Shown here in pieces: positions 1-9,548 of a DNA stretch of 64,000 nucleotides. Position numbers and translations under genes: made by a program. A model generated the notes under the pieces. It saw only the letters and a list, made by a program, of their open reading frames with translations. It was not told the DNA's origin and made no database searches. How positions within the stretch are numbered: position 1 is the first letter of the stretch; each line of letters begins with the position of its first letter. The DNA is taken from positions 6,813 through 70,812 of the forward strand of contig JAMCUS010000022.1 of NCBI GenBank assembly GCA_023379385.1. The letters are read 5' to 3'. Origin of the DNA: Thermoplasmatota archaeon (GTDB taxonomy: Archaea > Thermoplasmatota > Thermoplasmata > Lutacidiplasmatales > JAMCUS01).

Positions 1-52
1 ACACATACATCATTCTATGTTTTTATATATCTAAAAGATTATATCATAATAA

Positions 53-442
53 ATGCCAACAAAAAAAGCACCTAATAAAATTATCAGAGGTATAGTTGAG
101 GAGGTTGTAATGGAGTATGGCAATATCAAATCTATTTTTAATCTTAATAATATTGTAAATAAACGATTAAAAAGAGACGGGTATAAATGCAGTTATTCTG
201 TTCTTAAAAGAGAAGTATTTAAAATAAAAAATATTGAAACAAGAGTTTTATATAGAAAAGGAAAAATTTCCAACACAGATAAGGTATGTCCTGTATGCAA
301 CCACCAAATGATTGAAATAAAAAATAAAACACTTGATAAATCAGATAACATCATTCTATTTTTTAGATGTCAAACATGTGGTTTTAGGAAAGAACGATGG
401 AGCACCGTACCCAGAATATATTTATTTAAGTATAAGCCCTAG
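53..442 (+). CDS. hypothetical zinc-ribbon protein
   Basis: 129-aa ORF with two CxxC pairs (CPVCNH ... CQTCGF). No family recognised. The 3' end overlaps the convergent aminotransferase by about 20 nt. Confidence 0.4.
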   Translation: MPTKKAPNKIIRGIVEEVVMEYGNIKSIFNLNNIVNKRLKRDGYKCSYSVLKREVFKIKNIETRVLYRKGKISNTDKVCPVCNHQMIEIKNKTLDKSDNIILFFRCQTCGFRKERWSTVPRIYLFKYKP

Positions 443-1723
443 TTCCTTACCACGCTCTTTACTATCCAGTGTATTATTACTTTCTACATATGTTTTTGAA
501 TTCCATTTTTTAATAACTTTTGATAGATTCTCAATACCCTCAACAATTTTGTTATTAGACGGATACGTAAAGTTCAATCTCATAGAGTGCATTCCACTTT
601 TACCATCAATATAAAATGCAGTTCCCGTTACATACGCAATATTATTGGATATAGCATAAGGAAACATATCATTTACATTTATATTATTAGGTAAGGTTAG
701 CCATATAAACATACCCCCTTTTGGATTTGTCCATGAAACATAGTCGGGCATAAATTTATTTAAGGCATTTATTATGATTTCAAGCTTCTCCTTATACATA
801 GTCCGTATTTTTGGTATATGTTTTTCTGCATATCCTTTTGATATATAATAGTACGCAATATACTGCGTTAATGTATTTGAACATAAATCAATTGCCTGTT
901 TGGCAATGGCAATTTTTCTTATGACCTCACTCATGCCTGTAATCCATCCTAATCTAAAACCTGGAGATAAAATTTTAGAAAAAGTACTCATGTATATTAC
1001 ATGTTCTGTTTTATCAAATGATTTTACAGACAACTCACTTTCTTTAAAGTAAGATAGTTCTCTGTACGGATCATCTTCAAGGATAAAGATCCCGTGGTCC
1101 CTTGCAATATCATACATTTTTTTCCTATTTTCAGTATTCATAGAGACTCCGGTGGGGTTATGATAGGTAGGATTTGTGTAAATTAATTTAATAAACTTAC
1201 CTTCATTTTTTATCTTTTTTATCGTATGATCCATAATATCAAGATCAATTCCATCCTCTTTCATAGGGATCTGTATGATATCTGCACCGTATGATTTAAA
1301 TACAGATAATGCACCTAAGTAAGACGGAGCACTAGCTATGACAACATCGTCAGGGTCCACTAGAACTTTACCAACCAGATCTAGACCCTGTTGACTTCCA
1401 GTAGTTATGAGAATATTTTCTACGTCAGTGATTATACCATTTTTTTTCATATAGGTGTTGAGAGTTTCTCTCAATTCAATAACCCCTTCTGTGGTGCCGT
1501 ATTGTAATGCTGTTTCACCAATTGTGGTCAAAACATCCGAGGATATTTTATTTATAATCTCAACCGGGAAGGATGCTGGATTTGGTAAACCTCCTGCAAA
1601 AGATATAACCTCTGGATTCTGTGTAAGCTTTAATAACTCCCTTATTTCAGACGCCTTCATCCGTTCGGTCCTTTTAGCAAAAGCTGGTTTATTGGTATTA
1701 TCTAGCATAGAACGTGATGGCAT
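422..1723 (-). CDS. PLP-dependent aminotransferase, class I/II (ARO8/LysN-like)
   Basis: 433 aa. Fold-type I aminotransferase pattern: TNPTYHNPTG, and SKILSPGFRLGW carrying the candidate Schiff-base Lys. Confidence 0.85.
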   Translation of the reverse strand: MPSRSMLDNTNKPAFAKRTERMKASEIRELLKLTQNPEVISFAGGLPNPASFPVEIINKISSDVLTTIGETALQYGTTEGVIELRETLNTYMKKNGIITDVENILITTGSQQGLDLVGKVLVDPDDVVIASAPSYLGALSVFKSYGADIIQIPMKEDGIDLDIMDHTIKKIKNEGKFIKLIYTNPTYHNPTGVSMNTENRKKMYDIARDHGIFILEDDPYRELSYFKESELSVKSFDKTEHVIYMSTFSKILSPGFRLGWITGMSEVIRKIAIAKQAIDLCSNTLTQYIAYYYISKGYAEKHIPKIRTMYKEKLEIIINALNKFMPDYVSWTNPKGGMFIWLTLPNNINVNDMFPYAISNNIAYVTGTAFYIDGKSGMHSMRLNFTYPSNNKIVEGIENLSKVIKKWNSKTYVESNNTLDSKERGKELGLILK

Positions 1724-1791
1724 TGTTAATGTATAAAGTTAACGGTTAAAATAAAAAAATCTACCTGTTTTTATTTAAATATGAAACACCA

Positions 1792-1992
1792 TTATGTAAA
1801 TGCTGTTTGAATTTTTTCCAAAAATGGCGTTTCAAATTTTATCATCTCTTTATATACCCATATATTGGGCGGGCGATTATAATTAAGAATACATATTTTG
1901 TATCTGTTTAGCTCTGTGCCAGTGTCTTTTATTTCCCATTTATTATCAACTTTTGGAACTGTTTTTGCATAACTGGTCAATGGGTTGTCCAT
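1792..1992 (-). CDS. hypothetical protein, possibly 5'-truncated
   Basis: 66-aa ORF. The frame stays open about 25 codons upstream without a start codon and ends near the TIR-bounded element at 2094-2378. Confidence 0.25.
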   Translation of the reverse strand: MDNPLTSYAKTVPKVDNKWEIKDTGTELNRYKICILNYNRPPNIWVYKEMIKFETPFLEKIQTAFT

Positions 1993-2093
1993 CCTCTTAA
2001 ACGGTCCTATCAGTTTATTATCAATGTGTCCCTCTTTAAGGCATTCTTACAGTCTGGACTATAGGCTAAACAGATACCATATTTTTATACTTC

Positions 2094-2378
2094 AACAGCG
2101 ATTTTCACCAACGTTTTAATTGACTTAACATATTGACTATTGATCCTTTTGCACAATACTTGCACTCACAGGATCTTGGCTTTTATTACGTCAATCATTT
2201 TGTTACTATATTTGTCATTTAAACTCCAATTTGTTTTTGAGTTTTAAGATGATATTGATGCATATATTACTTAGTAAACCATATTTAGAGGGAGTAAGTT
2301 CTATAAATGGAGAAGTTGAAATAATAGCAGCGATCAGGAGTCGAATATGACAATTAATTATCGGTGAAAATCGCTGTT
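2094..2378. repeat. 285-bp element bounded by terminal inverted repeats (MITE or IS remnant)
   Basis: AACAGCGATTTTCACC at 2094-2109 is the exact reverse complement of GGTGAAAATCGCTGTT at 2363-2378. Similarity continues imperfectly to about 30 bp. No credible ORF inside. Confidence 0.4.
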
Positions 2379-2534
2379 TAATTTTGGAAGCAAATAACAT
2401 AAACATTTACACATAAACTGACTGTGTAAAAGGAAGTATGAATGATAATCCCACTTAAATTGCAGTGCCTTAAAACGATAATATAAATTATTAAATAGGT
2501 TTATTAAAAGGTTTTATGCTTTTGTGTTTTATCA

Positions 2535-5500
2535 TCACTGGCCAGGTGGTGTCGGTGGCTGTATAGGTGGTTGTGGCGGTAATTGTTGCTCTCCAATTCC
2601 ACTCTGTGTCGCTGTATTTTGCGTTTCAGTGGTCTCTTTTTTACCCATACCACCGAAACCAATTGATTTGCCTTTCTTTTTCATCAGCACTATCACTGCA
2701 ATAACAACCAATATTATTATCACTACCACAATAATGCCATACACATATCCTGATACCGAAGTTGGGGAAGTGGTCTTCTTTGCAGTGAAGGTTACTGATA
2801 TAGATGCATTCTTGCCATTTACCGTTACATTACCGGATTGTGGCGTCACAGTATAGTTTGTTACACTGGCTACCGTATAACCGTATGTTCCGTTCACCTC
2901 TGTAAACGTTATTGCTGTTGTATTTATGCTGTGTGTTGTACCATTCAGCGTTACACTCCAGTTTGTCCCGCTTGGTAATCCACTCTCTGTAAATGTTACC
3001 GCATATTTGACAACTGTAACCGTTGGTTTTGATTTGAAGGTTACTGGTACAGATGCATTCTTGCCACTTACCGTTACACTACCGGATAACGGTGATACCG
3101 TATATCCAGATACATTAGATACCGTATAGCTGTACGTTCCGTTCACCTCTGTAAACGTTACTGTTCCTGTCGTTGAACTCTTTGCTGTACCGTTCAGCGT
3201 TACACTCCAGCTCGTTCCACTTGCCAATCCACTTTCCGTAAATGTTACTGCGTATTTGGACGGCGATACTACAGGTGTAAAGGTTACTGGTATAGATGCA
3301 TTCTTGCCTTTTACCGTTACACTGCCTGACAATGGTTTTACTGTGTATCCAGTCACGTTTGTTATTGTATAGTTATATGTTCCATTCGGTATTAAGATAC
3401 TGTTTGTTGAGGTCATTGATGTGTTCGTTATACTCCTTGTTGAATTATACACTGTCACATTCCATGTAGCGTTAGCTGGCAAACCTGTTTCTGTAAAATT
3501 CAAATAATATTCTGGCTCAAATACTAAATTGATCACCTGCTTGCCACCGTTAAGTGTAACGTTGCCCATTGCCGGATTTACAAGATAATACCCGACAGGT
3601 ATGTTTACAATGTACGTAAGGTTACCGGTGGTTGATGCTACGTGAAATACTGTATAGTTTGTATTGGATAGTTTTAAATAATTATTGAACGAAACGCTCC
3701 ATAACGTACCTGCTCTTAACCCTGTTTCATTGAAGATTATAGGTGCTCCTGCATGCACCAGTGGAAGGTAGTCATAACCGGGGTATATCGCATTGTAATC
3801 ATTGAATTTGGGTGACCCTATTCCGTTCTTTACGTTCAATGTATTGTAATTGGACCAGTAGTTACCTCCTATTCTAGGACCTCCTATTATATTCGTCCCA
3901 TTTCTCTCCGTTACATTCCATCTGTTAGGCTGGAGGATCGACAGAGCATCTAACATTGAGTTGATATTGTTGTTGTAAATAGTATTTCCAGTTGATCCTG
4001 CAAAGTTAAATCCAATCAGACTGTTTATTGTGTTGTTATACACCATTACCTCCGTTGTATTCGTAAATGTAATTCCATAGAACGAAAAGCCACCTATCGT
4101 ATTGTTGTAAATGTTGTTCATGGTTGAGTAGGTCTCATTTACACCAATCATTTCAAAACTCAAATTGTTGTATGATACGACGTCGTGGGAGGTTCTGAAC
4201 ATGAATAATCCGTTAGAGATCACGCCTGTAAATAACCCTGCCACATTATCTGTAAATTTGTTGTGCGTTACTGCAGAGTAATTGGACAGATAGGCTATCA
4301 ACTGTGATCCACCAATCGGTAATGATATATTGTTATTTTCAACGGTTATGTTATCCGACCTAAACAGGGTTATTGTACTGGTTCCATATGTATTTGAGAT
4401 CATGAACGTTGCGTTGGTTGTAGGTTTCATGTCCTGTGTTATATTGCTCAGCGTTATATTGCTTGATCTGTACAGATAGTATAAGTTGTTCATATAATCG
4501 CCGAAGTTGAATACTCTGTATGATATGCCTGCTGTGTTGTTCGTTGTTACATTGTTTATTACAAGATGTGACGTCACACCTATTGTCTGCACTGCTACAA
4601 ACATCGGGTACAGATAATCATTGTATGTTGTGAACAGTGGATTCATATGTATAGTTAGATTGTTTATTATATAAGGTGCCAAGCTGGTTCCTGATCCTGT
4701 AACTATTCCTGCCGTCTTCATGTCTGCAAGCTGTGCATTGCCTGTTATATATACAGGTGTGGTATAGTTATTAGGGTCTGTAGTCATTGTTATTGTCCCT
4801 AAGTTGTCAGTTTTGGTTGTATTTGCTGTATACAGCTTATATCCATTCGCAAGTGCATTGAGTTCATACACACCACCACTAGGCATAGAGAAATTGAAGT
4901 ATCCTGATCCATTGATCGCCGTGGGCACCAGAGATGCATTGGCCACGCTCAGTACAGGACTTGCTGTTTTATTATACACCCCTGCGAACAGAAATGCATA
5001 GGATGGATCCAACCTGCCTGTTACCGTCATTGCCCCCTTCGGCTCACCCTTTGGCGCGTTCCAGAAGGGCATCAATAAGGATGGCCCTGCACCTAGATAC
5101 TCTACAGGCGCCCCATTGCTTCCGTTGTTCCACCAGGATGATACTCCCACTATTGTCTCTCCTGTATCTGTTCCGTAGTTATATGCAGAACTTATTGTCT
5201 GATAGGTTCCTGCGCTGTTCTTGTACATTATTGTATCCTGTCCTGTCAGATTCGTCATTATGCCTGTCGCTCCTCCACCAGGACCTCCGAATATCAATTC
5301 TGCATCGTATAACAAAAATCCGTTGGGCGTTACCTGATTTCCATTCACTTCAAAGTGAGGCGTTACTATTTTTGCTGACGACGCCGCCCAGAACAGAACT
5401 CTATCATAGCTACCTGAGTATGTCTTGCCTCCGTAGCTCAATGTGTAATTGTAGTACAGTGCAGGCATGTTATCCTCAACTGTTACGTTGTTATACAGAG

Positions 5501-6245
5501 TTAGTTTGAATGGATAGGTTATGTTGAACATTGGTCCATATGCATAATAAAAGGTAGGCGCTATTACTGATCCGTTGTAGCTATATAATGTCGTGTTCGT
5601 CATGAGAAACTGATTTGATGAAAAGTTCCATATGTTGTCTATAAATTGCAATGTTGTGCCGTTGAAGTCTATTACATTCTGTGTCCAGAACACATCACTG
5701 CTGTTACCGTGCACTGTAACATTGGCAAGAACCGTATTTAGCTGTACTGATGACCATTTTGGTGATTCTTGAAACTGCCCGTTGCCTGTGTAAAATACAT
5801 TATAACTTGATAAATTCAATGTGGCTTCAAAGCTTGAGGTATTGAATTCCTGTCCTCCTGCTGCCGTTAGCCCGTAATCGGCCAATCCCATTGGAGCGGG
5901 AGCACTTGCATATAACGGAGAAACCGTTCCTGCTCTAGGACTGTTAATCGCATTGAAGTTGGGTTCAAATACCGCTCTCTGCGGTACATGCTGACTTTTT
6001 ATGGAACTGGCTACGTTCTTCTCAATCTTTGCAATATTGGATTTTGCAGCTGCCCTGTTAAAATGACCGCTAGAACCATTCGGTAATGGATTTTTTATTG
6101 ATGTTACCCTAAGTCCGTTAATAGCTGGACTGGACGTAGAAACGCTCTTATTGCCTGCAGGCATGAAAAGGCTGCCTACAAACAGACCAGATAACAAAAA
6201 TCCCACTACCATCGCTAACGCAAATAATTTTCTATATTGATGCAT
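2535..6245 (-). CDS. large membrane-anchored surface glycoprotein: thermopsin-like N-region, beta-helix repeats, four Ig-like repeats, C-terminal TM anchor
   Basis: 1236 aa. N-terminal hydrophobic signal/anchor. APAPMGLADYG-type region resembles peptidase A5 (thermopsin) proteins (tentative). The central part has N-rich parallel beta-helix-like repeats. Four FxExGLPxGTxWxV domains follow. C-terminal TM helix (GIIVVVIIILVVIAVIVL) plus a Pro/Gln tail. Many dozens of N-x-S/T sequons. Confidence 0.8.
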   Translation of the reverse strand: MHQYRKLFALAMVVGFLLSGLFVGSLFMPAGNKSVSTSSPAINGLRVTSIKNPLPNGSSGHFNRAAAKSNIAKIEKNVASSIKSQHVPQRAVFEPNFNAINSPRAGTVSPLYASAPAPMGLADYGLTAAGGQEFNTSSFEATLNLSSYNVFYTGNGQFQESPKWSSVQLNTVLANVTVHGNSSDVFWTQNVIDFNGTTLQFIDNIWNFSSNQFLMTNTTLYSYNGSVIAPTFYYAYGPMFNITYPFKLTLYNNVTVEDNMPALYYNYTLSYGGKTYSGSYDRVLFWAASSAKIVTPHFEVNGNQVTPNGFLLYDAELIFGGPGGGATGIMTNLTGQDTIMYKNSAGTYQTISSAYNYGTDTGETIVGVSSWWNNGSNGAPVEYLGAGPSLLMPFWNAPKGEPKGAMTVTGRLDPSYAFLFAGVYNKTASPVLSVANASLVPTAINGSGYFNFSMPSGGVYELNALANGYKLYTANTTKTDNLGTITMTTDPNNYTTPVYITGNAQLADMKTAGIVTGSGTSLAPYIINNLTIHMNPLFTTYNDYLYPMFVAVQTIGVTSHLVINNVTTNNTAGISYRVFNFGDYMNNLYYLYRSSNITLSNITQDMKPTTNATFMISNTYGTSTITLFRSDNITVENNNISLPIGGSQLIAYLSNYSAVTHNKFTDNVAGLFTGVISNGLFMFRTSHDVVSYNNLSFEMIGVNETYSTMNNIYNNTIGGFSFYGITFTNTTEVMVYNNTINSLIGFNFAGSTGNTIYNNNINSMLDALSILQPNRWNVTERNGTNIIGGPRIGGNYWSNYNTLNVKNGIGSPKFNDYNAIYPGYDYLPLVHAGAPIIFNETGLRAGTLWSVSFNNYLKLSNTNYTVFHVASTTGNLTYIVNIPVGYYLVNPAMGNVTLNGGKQVINLVFEPEYYLNFTETGLPANATWNVTVYNSTRSITNTSMTSTNSILIPNGTYNYTITNVTGYTVKPLSGSVTVKGKNASIPVTFTPVVSPSKYAVTFTESGLASGTSWSVTLNGTAKSSTTGTVTFTEVNGTYSYTVSNVSGYTVSPLSGSVTVSGKNASVPVTFKSKPTVTVVKYAVTFTESGLPSGTNWSVTLNGTTHSINTTAITFTEVNGTYGYTVASVTNYTVTPQSGNVTVNGKNASISVTFTAKKTTSPTSVSGYVYGIIVVVIIILVVIAVIVLMKKKGKSIGFGGMGKKETTETQNTATQSGIGEQQLPPQPPIQPPTPPGQ
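2769..3743 (-). repeat. four tandem ~80-aa domain repeats inside the surface protein gene
   Basis: Repeat units lie at about 3743-3510, 3509-3258, 3257-3009 and 3008-2769. The last two are near-identical at protein level (KYAVTFTESGL[AP]SGT[SN]WSVTLNGT...). They also share DNA strings, e.g. gttccgttcacctctgtaaacgtta at about 2887 and about 3138. Confidence 0.85.
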
Positions 6246-6300
6246 TCAAGTTCACCTATCAACGTATAATATTTAATGTTATATAAACCTTATTATTATT

Positions 6301-6400
6301 TGACAGTACATAAAACTCTATCTGCACAGGATAACCATCAATTTTTCATTATTTGTATTTTTGTATTTTGTGAACTACTCCATGCTAAAGCATCGGAGTA
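6301..6400 (-). repeat. degenerate, internally deleted copy of the window's MITE family (copy F) with adjacent hairpin module
   Basis: TGACAG...GGATAACCATCAA resembles the MITE right end in reverse orientation. The hairpin CTCCATGCTAAAGCATCGGAG (6378-6398) is nearly identical to the one at 51615-51635 beside copy C. Confidence 0.3.
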
Positions 6401-6648
6401 TTATAGATTCCTCCATACCCCTAACAATCTATAAAGCTGATGTTTAAGCATCATTTATTAAAACATAATAGTAAAAACAGTATCATGATAATTTTAAAAT
6501 TCATAATAGATGTCATATACTGGCCACTATTTTTTAATCCAAATATTATTTTATTCCCTGCTGGATGACCACCAATGGATGTGTCCAACCATCAGATCCA
6601 CCATGGTTACTGAAAAAAGATAAAATAGTGTAATGCAATGTAGTCTAT

Positions 6649-7254
6649 ATGGGTTTGATTGCTTATCTTGTTAATATACCATTGACGTTGATAAAAGAGG
6701 GTGGATACCCGCTTATATTCATTCTCATTGCGATGGAAAGTTCATATATTCCAATCCCGAGTGAAATTATATTACCATTTTCCGGTTATCTTGTATACAT
6801 TGGTATTTTTAACTTTTGGTTGGTATTTCTGGTTTCCGTTGCGGGGACTGTAGCAGGTGCTACAGCTGGTTATGTAATTGCATATCAATTTGGTGAGGAT
6901 AGAACAGCTACAATTCTTAAATATTTTCTTATAACCAAAAAGGATTTAAATAAGGCAAAAATATTTTTCAATAAATATGGTTCTGCAACAATATTTATAA
7001 GCAGAATGCTGCCTGCCGTAAGGACGTATATTGCATTTCCTGCAGGCATATACGATATGGATATTAAGAAATATTTTATTTATACGGCGACGGGCACGGT
7101 TCCATGGTGCCTCTTTCTTATTTATGTGGGTATAATATTTGGACCACACTGGAATTATATAGACAGTTCTCCTGTCCATTATCTGCTCTATCTTTTTGCA
7201 ATAATCTTTGTACTGTTTATCTTATACAAGGTAACTGTAAATCAGAGAGGTTGA
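6649..7254 (+). CDS. DedA family membrane protein
   Basis: 201 aa, multi-TM. DedA/SNARE-associated signature region ESSYIPIPSEIILPFSGY. Confidence 0.8.
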   Translation: MGLIAYLVNIPLTLIKEGGYPLIFILIAMESSYIPIPSEIILPFSGYLVYIGIFNFWLVFLVSVAGTVAGATAGYVIAYQFGEDRTATILKYFLITKKDLNKAKIFFNKYGSATIFISRMLPAVRTYIAFPAGIYDMDIKKYFIYTATGTVPWCLFLIYVGIIFGPHWNYIDSSPVHYLLYLFAIIFVLFILYKVTVNQRG

Positions 7255-7259
7255 AAAAT

Positions 7260-7937
7260 GTGAAATTAGCTTCATTGATATCAGGTGGTAAAGATTCTGT
7301 ATATGCAAGTTATTTCATGTCTTCACTGGGAAATTCTGTAAAGTATATTGTAACCGTGTACCCAATTAACCCTGACTCCTTTATGTTTCATTCCATAAAT
7401 CTTTCTATAGTGCCGATTATTGCAGATGCCATGAGTGCCGAACATATAATCATATATAACAGAGACGAAAATAAGGAGATTGAAGAACTGCAGACAGCCC
7501 TTGCATCTCTCAACATAGATGGTTTTGTCTCCGGCGCAATACACTCAAATTATCAGTGGAGCAGGTTAAATATTATATCTGAAAATATATCAAAACCACT
7601 TTTCTCTCCTTTATGGAGAAAGAGTGAAGTGGATGTCCTCCGAGAAGAGATTGAATCAGGTATGTCTATATATTTTTCGTCGGTTAGTGCAGATGGTTTA
7701 AATCCGGAATTGGCAGGAAAAAAGCTGGACATGGCTATGTATGAAAATTTAATAAAACTGAATCAGAAATACGGTATAAATATATGCGGGGAAGGTGGTG
7801 AATACGAATCAGTTGTTCTTGACGCACCGTTCTTTTCCAATAAAATAGAAGTTATTAAGAGCAGGAAAGTTATAGAACCTTCAAGAGGTTTCTGGATAAT
7901 TGATAAAATTGAATATAAAAATAAGGTGAAAATATGA
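7260..7937 (+). CDS. PP-loop ATP pyrophosphatase, diphthine-ammonia ligase (Dph6/MJ0570)-like
   Basis: SGGKDS PP-loop and GEGGEYES motif. I place the start at GTG 7260, just after the DedA stop. The ORF-track extension from 7104 overlaps DedA and looks spurious. Confidence 0.8.
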   Translation: MKLASLISGGKDSVYASYFMSSLGNSVKYIVTVYPINPDSFMFHSINLSIVPIIADAMSAEHIIIYNRDENKEIEELQTALASLNIDGFVSGAIHSNYQWSRLNIISENISKPLFSPLWRKSEVDVLREEIESGMSIYFSSVSADGLNPELAGKKLDMAMYENLIKLNQKYGINICGEGGEYESVVLDAPFFSNKIEVIKSRKVIEPSRGFWIIDKIEYKNKVKI

Positions 7938-9058
7938 GCATATATATAAGAGGATCTGGCGCACATCCCTTTGGCAAGAGTAAAAAAGACGTTATTACGA
8001 TGGCTGCTGAAGCAGCTACCTATGCTATTGAAAATGGAAATAGAAAACCAGAGTTTTTGTTTGTAGGTTCTATGCTGGATAATAACCTTCACGGTGTAGC
8101 AAATATTGTTCCAAAAATAGCCGATGCAATAGGCCTCAACGGAATATATGGTATGAAGATAGATACCGCATCTTCGACAGGAGCAGCACTATTTCAAATA
8201 GCAGCGCAATACCTGGCTGCAAGCAACTGTACTACAGGGCTTGTTATTGCATCTGAAAGAATGACTGGATATGATGGATCAAAAATAACCTCCATGCTGG
8301 CACAGGTTCTGAGTTATGATGAGCAGTTGCATGGTGCTACCATGCCTGGCCTTGCTGCGCTTATTGCAAAAGATTATATGAAACGGTATAACGCACCTTA
8401 TGATGCTTTTTCAGCGGTTGCCATTAAGAATCACAGGAATGGCCTTCTCAACCCAATTGCCCATTTCAAAAAGGAGATAACCATGAAAGATATCATGGAA
8501 AGTAGAGTTGTTGCTGATCCATTGCGTGTGTATGACTGTGCACCTGTATCTGATGGTGCTGTTGCCGTGATGATCTCTAAAGAAAAAACCGATGTGGAAC
8601 TTGCAGGTTTTGGTGGTGCAACAGATACGGTTAATCTTGTAGACAGAGATAATCTGGATGGTTTTAGGGCGACACAGATAGCGGCAAAAAGGGCATACGA
8701 TATGGCAAAAATTAACAGTCATAAAATATCAATTGCAGAAATTCACGACGCTTTCACCCCTTTTGAATTAATTGGAATGGAGGATTTAAACATAGCAGAA
8801 AGGGGAAATGCGTGGAAGATGGTTTTAAAGGATGAAACAGCACTGAATGGTAGAATTCCAGTTAATGGTTCAGGTGGTCTGAAGGCAAGAGGGCATCCAG
8901 TTTCCGTGTCTGGACTGGCCCAGATAATGGAGATCTCATTACAACTTTCTGGCATGGCTGAAAAAAGACAGGTAGATAACCTTTCATACGGTATTGCCCA
9001 GAGTACAGGAGGACTGGCATCAAATAACTTTGTTACGATACTGAGGAGAAGTGATTAA
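7934..9058 (+). CDS. thiolase-fold protein (archaeal acetoacetyl-CoA thiolase / SCP-x-like); nucleophile position reads Ser
   Basis: 374 aa with thiolase-like layout, including NGSGGLKARGHPVSVSGL (His motif). The expected xxACASG nucleophile segment reads DTASSTGAA (Ser80, codon TCT at 8171-8173). Confidence 0.8.
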   Translation: MSIYIRGSGAHPFGKSKKDVITMAAEAATYAIENGNRKPEFLFVGSMLDNNLHGVANIVPKIADAIGLNGIYGMKIDTASSTGAALFQIAAQYLAASNCTTGLVIASERMTGYDGSKITSMLAQVLSYDEQLHGATMPGLAALIAKDYMKRYNAPYDAFSAVAIKNHRNGLLNPIAHFKKEITMKDIMESRVVADPLRVYDCAPVSDGAVAVMISKEKTDVELAGFGGATDTVNLVDRDNLDGFRATQIAAKRAYDMAKINSHKISIAEIHDAFTPFELIGMEDLNIAERGNAWKMVLKDETALNGRIPVNGSGGLKARGHPVSVSGLAQIMEISLQLSGMAEKRQVDNLSYGIAQSTGGLASNNFVTILRRSD

Positions 9059-9368
9059 AATGATTCAGTTCTACTGCACAAAGTGTGATTTTAAAAGCAT
9101 TGTTGAGCATTTTCATTGCCCGTACTGTGGATCACCAATAATAGGCAAGGAGGTAGATTATACGGGTAGAATATCAAATATTACAACAATTTACACAGTT
9201 CCGGAGGGTTTCAAAGCGCCTGTAAGGATTGCTATTGCAGTTACATCAAATAATCTGCGTGTACTTGGTAATGTACCGGACGACGATAGCGTTAAAGAAA
9301 ATGATGAAGTATACATCACCAAAAAAGAGGGTAGATTTTACTTCACACCCGTGCATACAAAATATTAA
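9051..9368 (+). CDS. DUF35 zinc-ribbon/OB-fold protein (thiolase partner)
   Basis: CTKC...CPYCGS zinc ribbon followed by an OB-like segment. It overlaps the thiolase stop, the arrangement typical of archaeal thiolase/DUF35 pairs. Confidence 0.8.
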   Translation: MIKMIQFYCTKCDFKSIVEHFHCPYCGSPIIGKEVDYTGRISNITTIYTVPEGFKAPVRIAIAVTSNNLRVLGNVPDDDSVKENDEVYITKKEGRFYFTPVHTKY

Positions 9369-9375
9369 ATAAAAT

Positions 9376-9537
9376 TCATTTGTGATAGGTGGTGTAATAA
9401 CTGGAAAATGTAAAAAATACCACTATGGATGCAAATATTACAAGTACATTGCCACCACCTTTGAGCCATTCATATGGTATCAGTATAAGTGGTGTCAGGA
9501 TGGCAATTAACAGTACGATTGTTTTACCCCATTCCAT
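9376..9537 (-). CDS. possible small membrane protein (53 aa, below ORF-track cutoff)
   Basis: ATG-initiated ORF MEWGKTIVLLIAILTPLILIPYEWLKGGGNVLVIFASIVVFFTF... with two hydrophobic helices. No family recognised. Confidence 0.3.
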   Translation of the reverse strand: MEWGKTIVLLIAILTPLILIPYEWLKGGGNVLVIFASIVVFFTFSSYYTTYHK

Positions 9538-9548
9538 GTAAATCACCT

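Noticed and set aside
2524-5509. Plus-strand ORFs 2524-2856, 2926-3129, 4804-5001 and 4934-5509.
   Set aside because: They are antisense to the 1236-aa surface-protein gene, have low-complexity or Cys/Leu-rich translations, and mirror its repeats. They are shadow ORFs.
7104-7259. N-terminal 52-aa extension of the Dph6-like ORF in the track.
   Set aside because: It overlaps the 3' end of the DedA gene in another frame. The conserved PP-loop protein begins at VKLASLISGGKDS (GTG 7260), right after the DedA stop.
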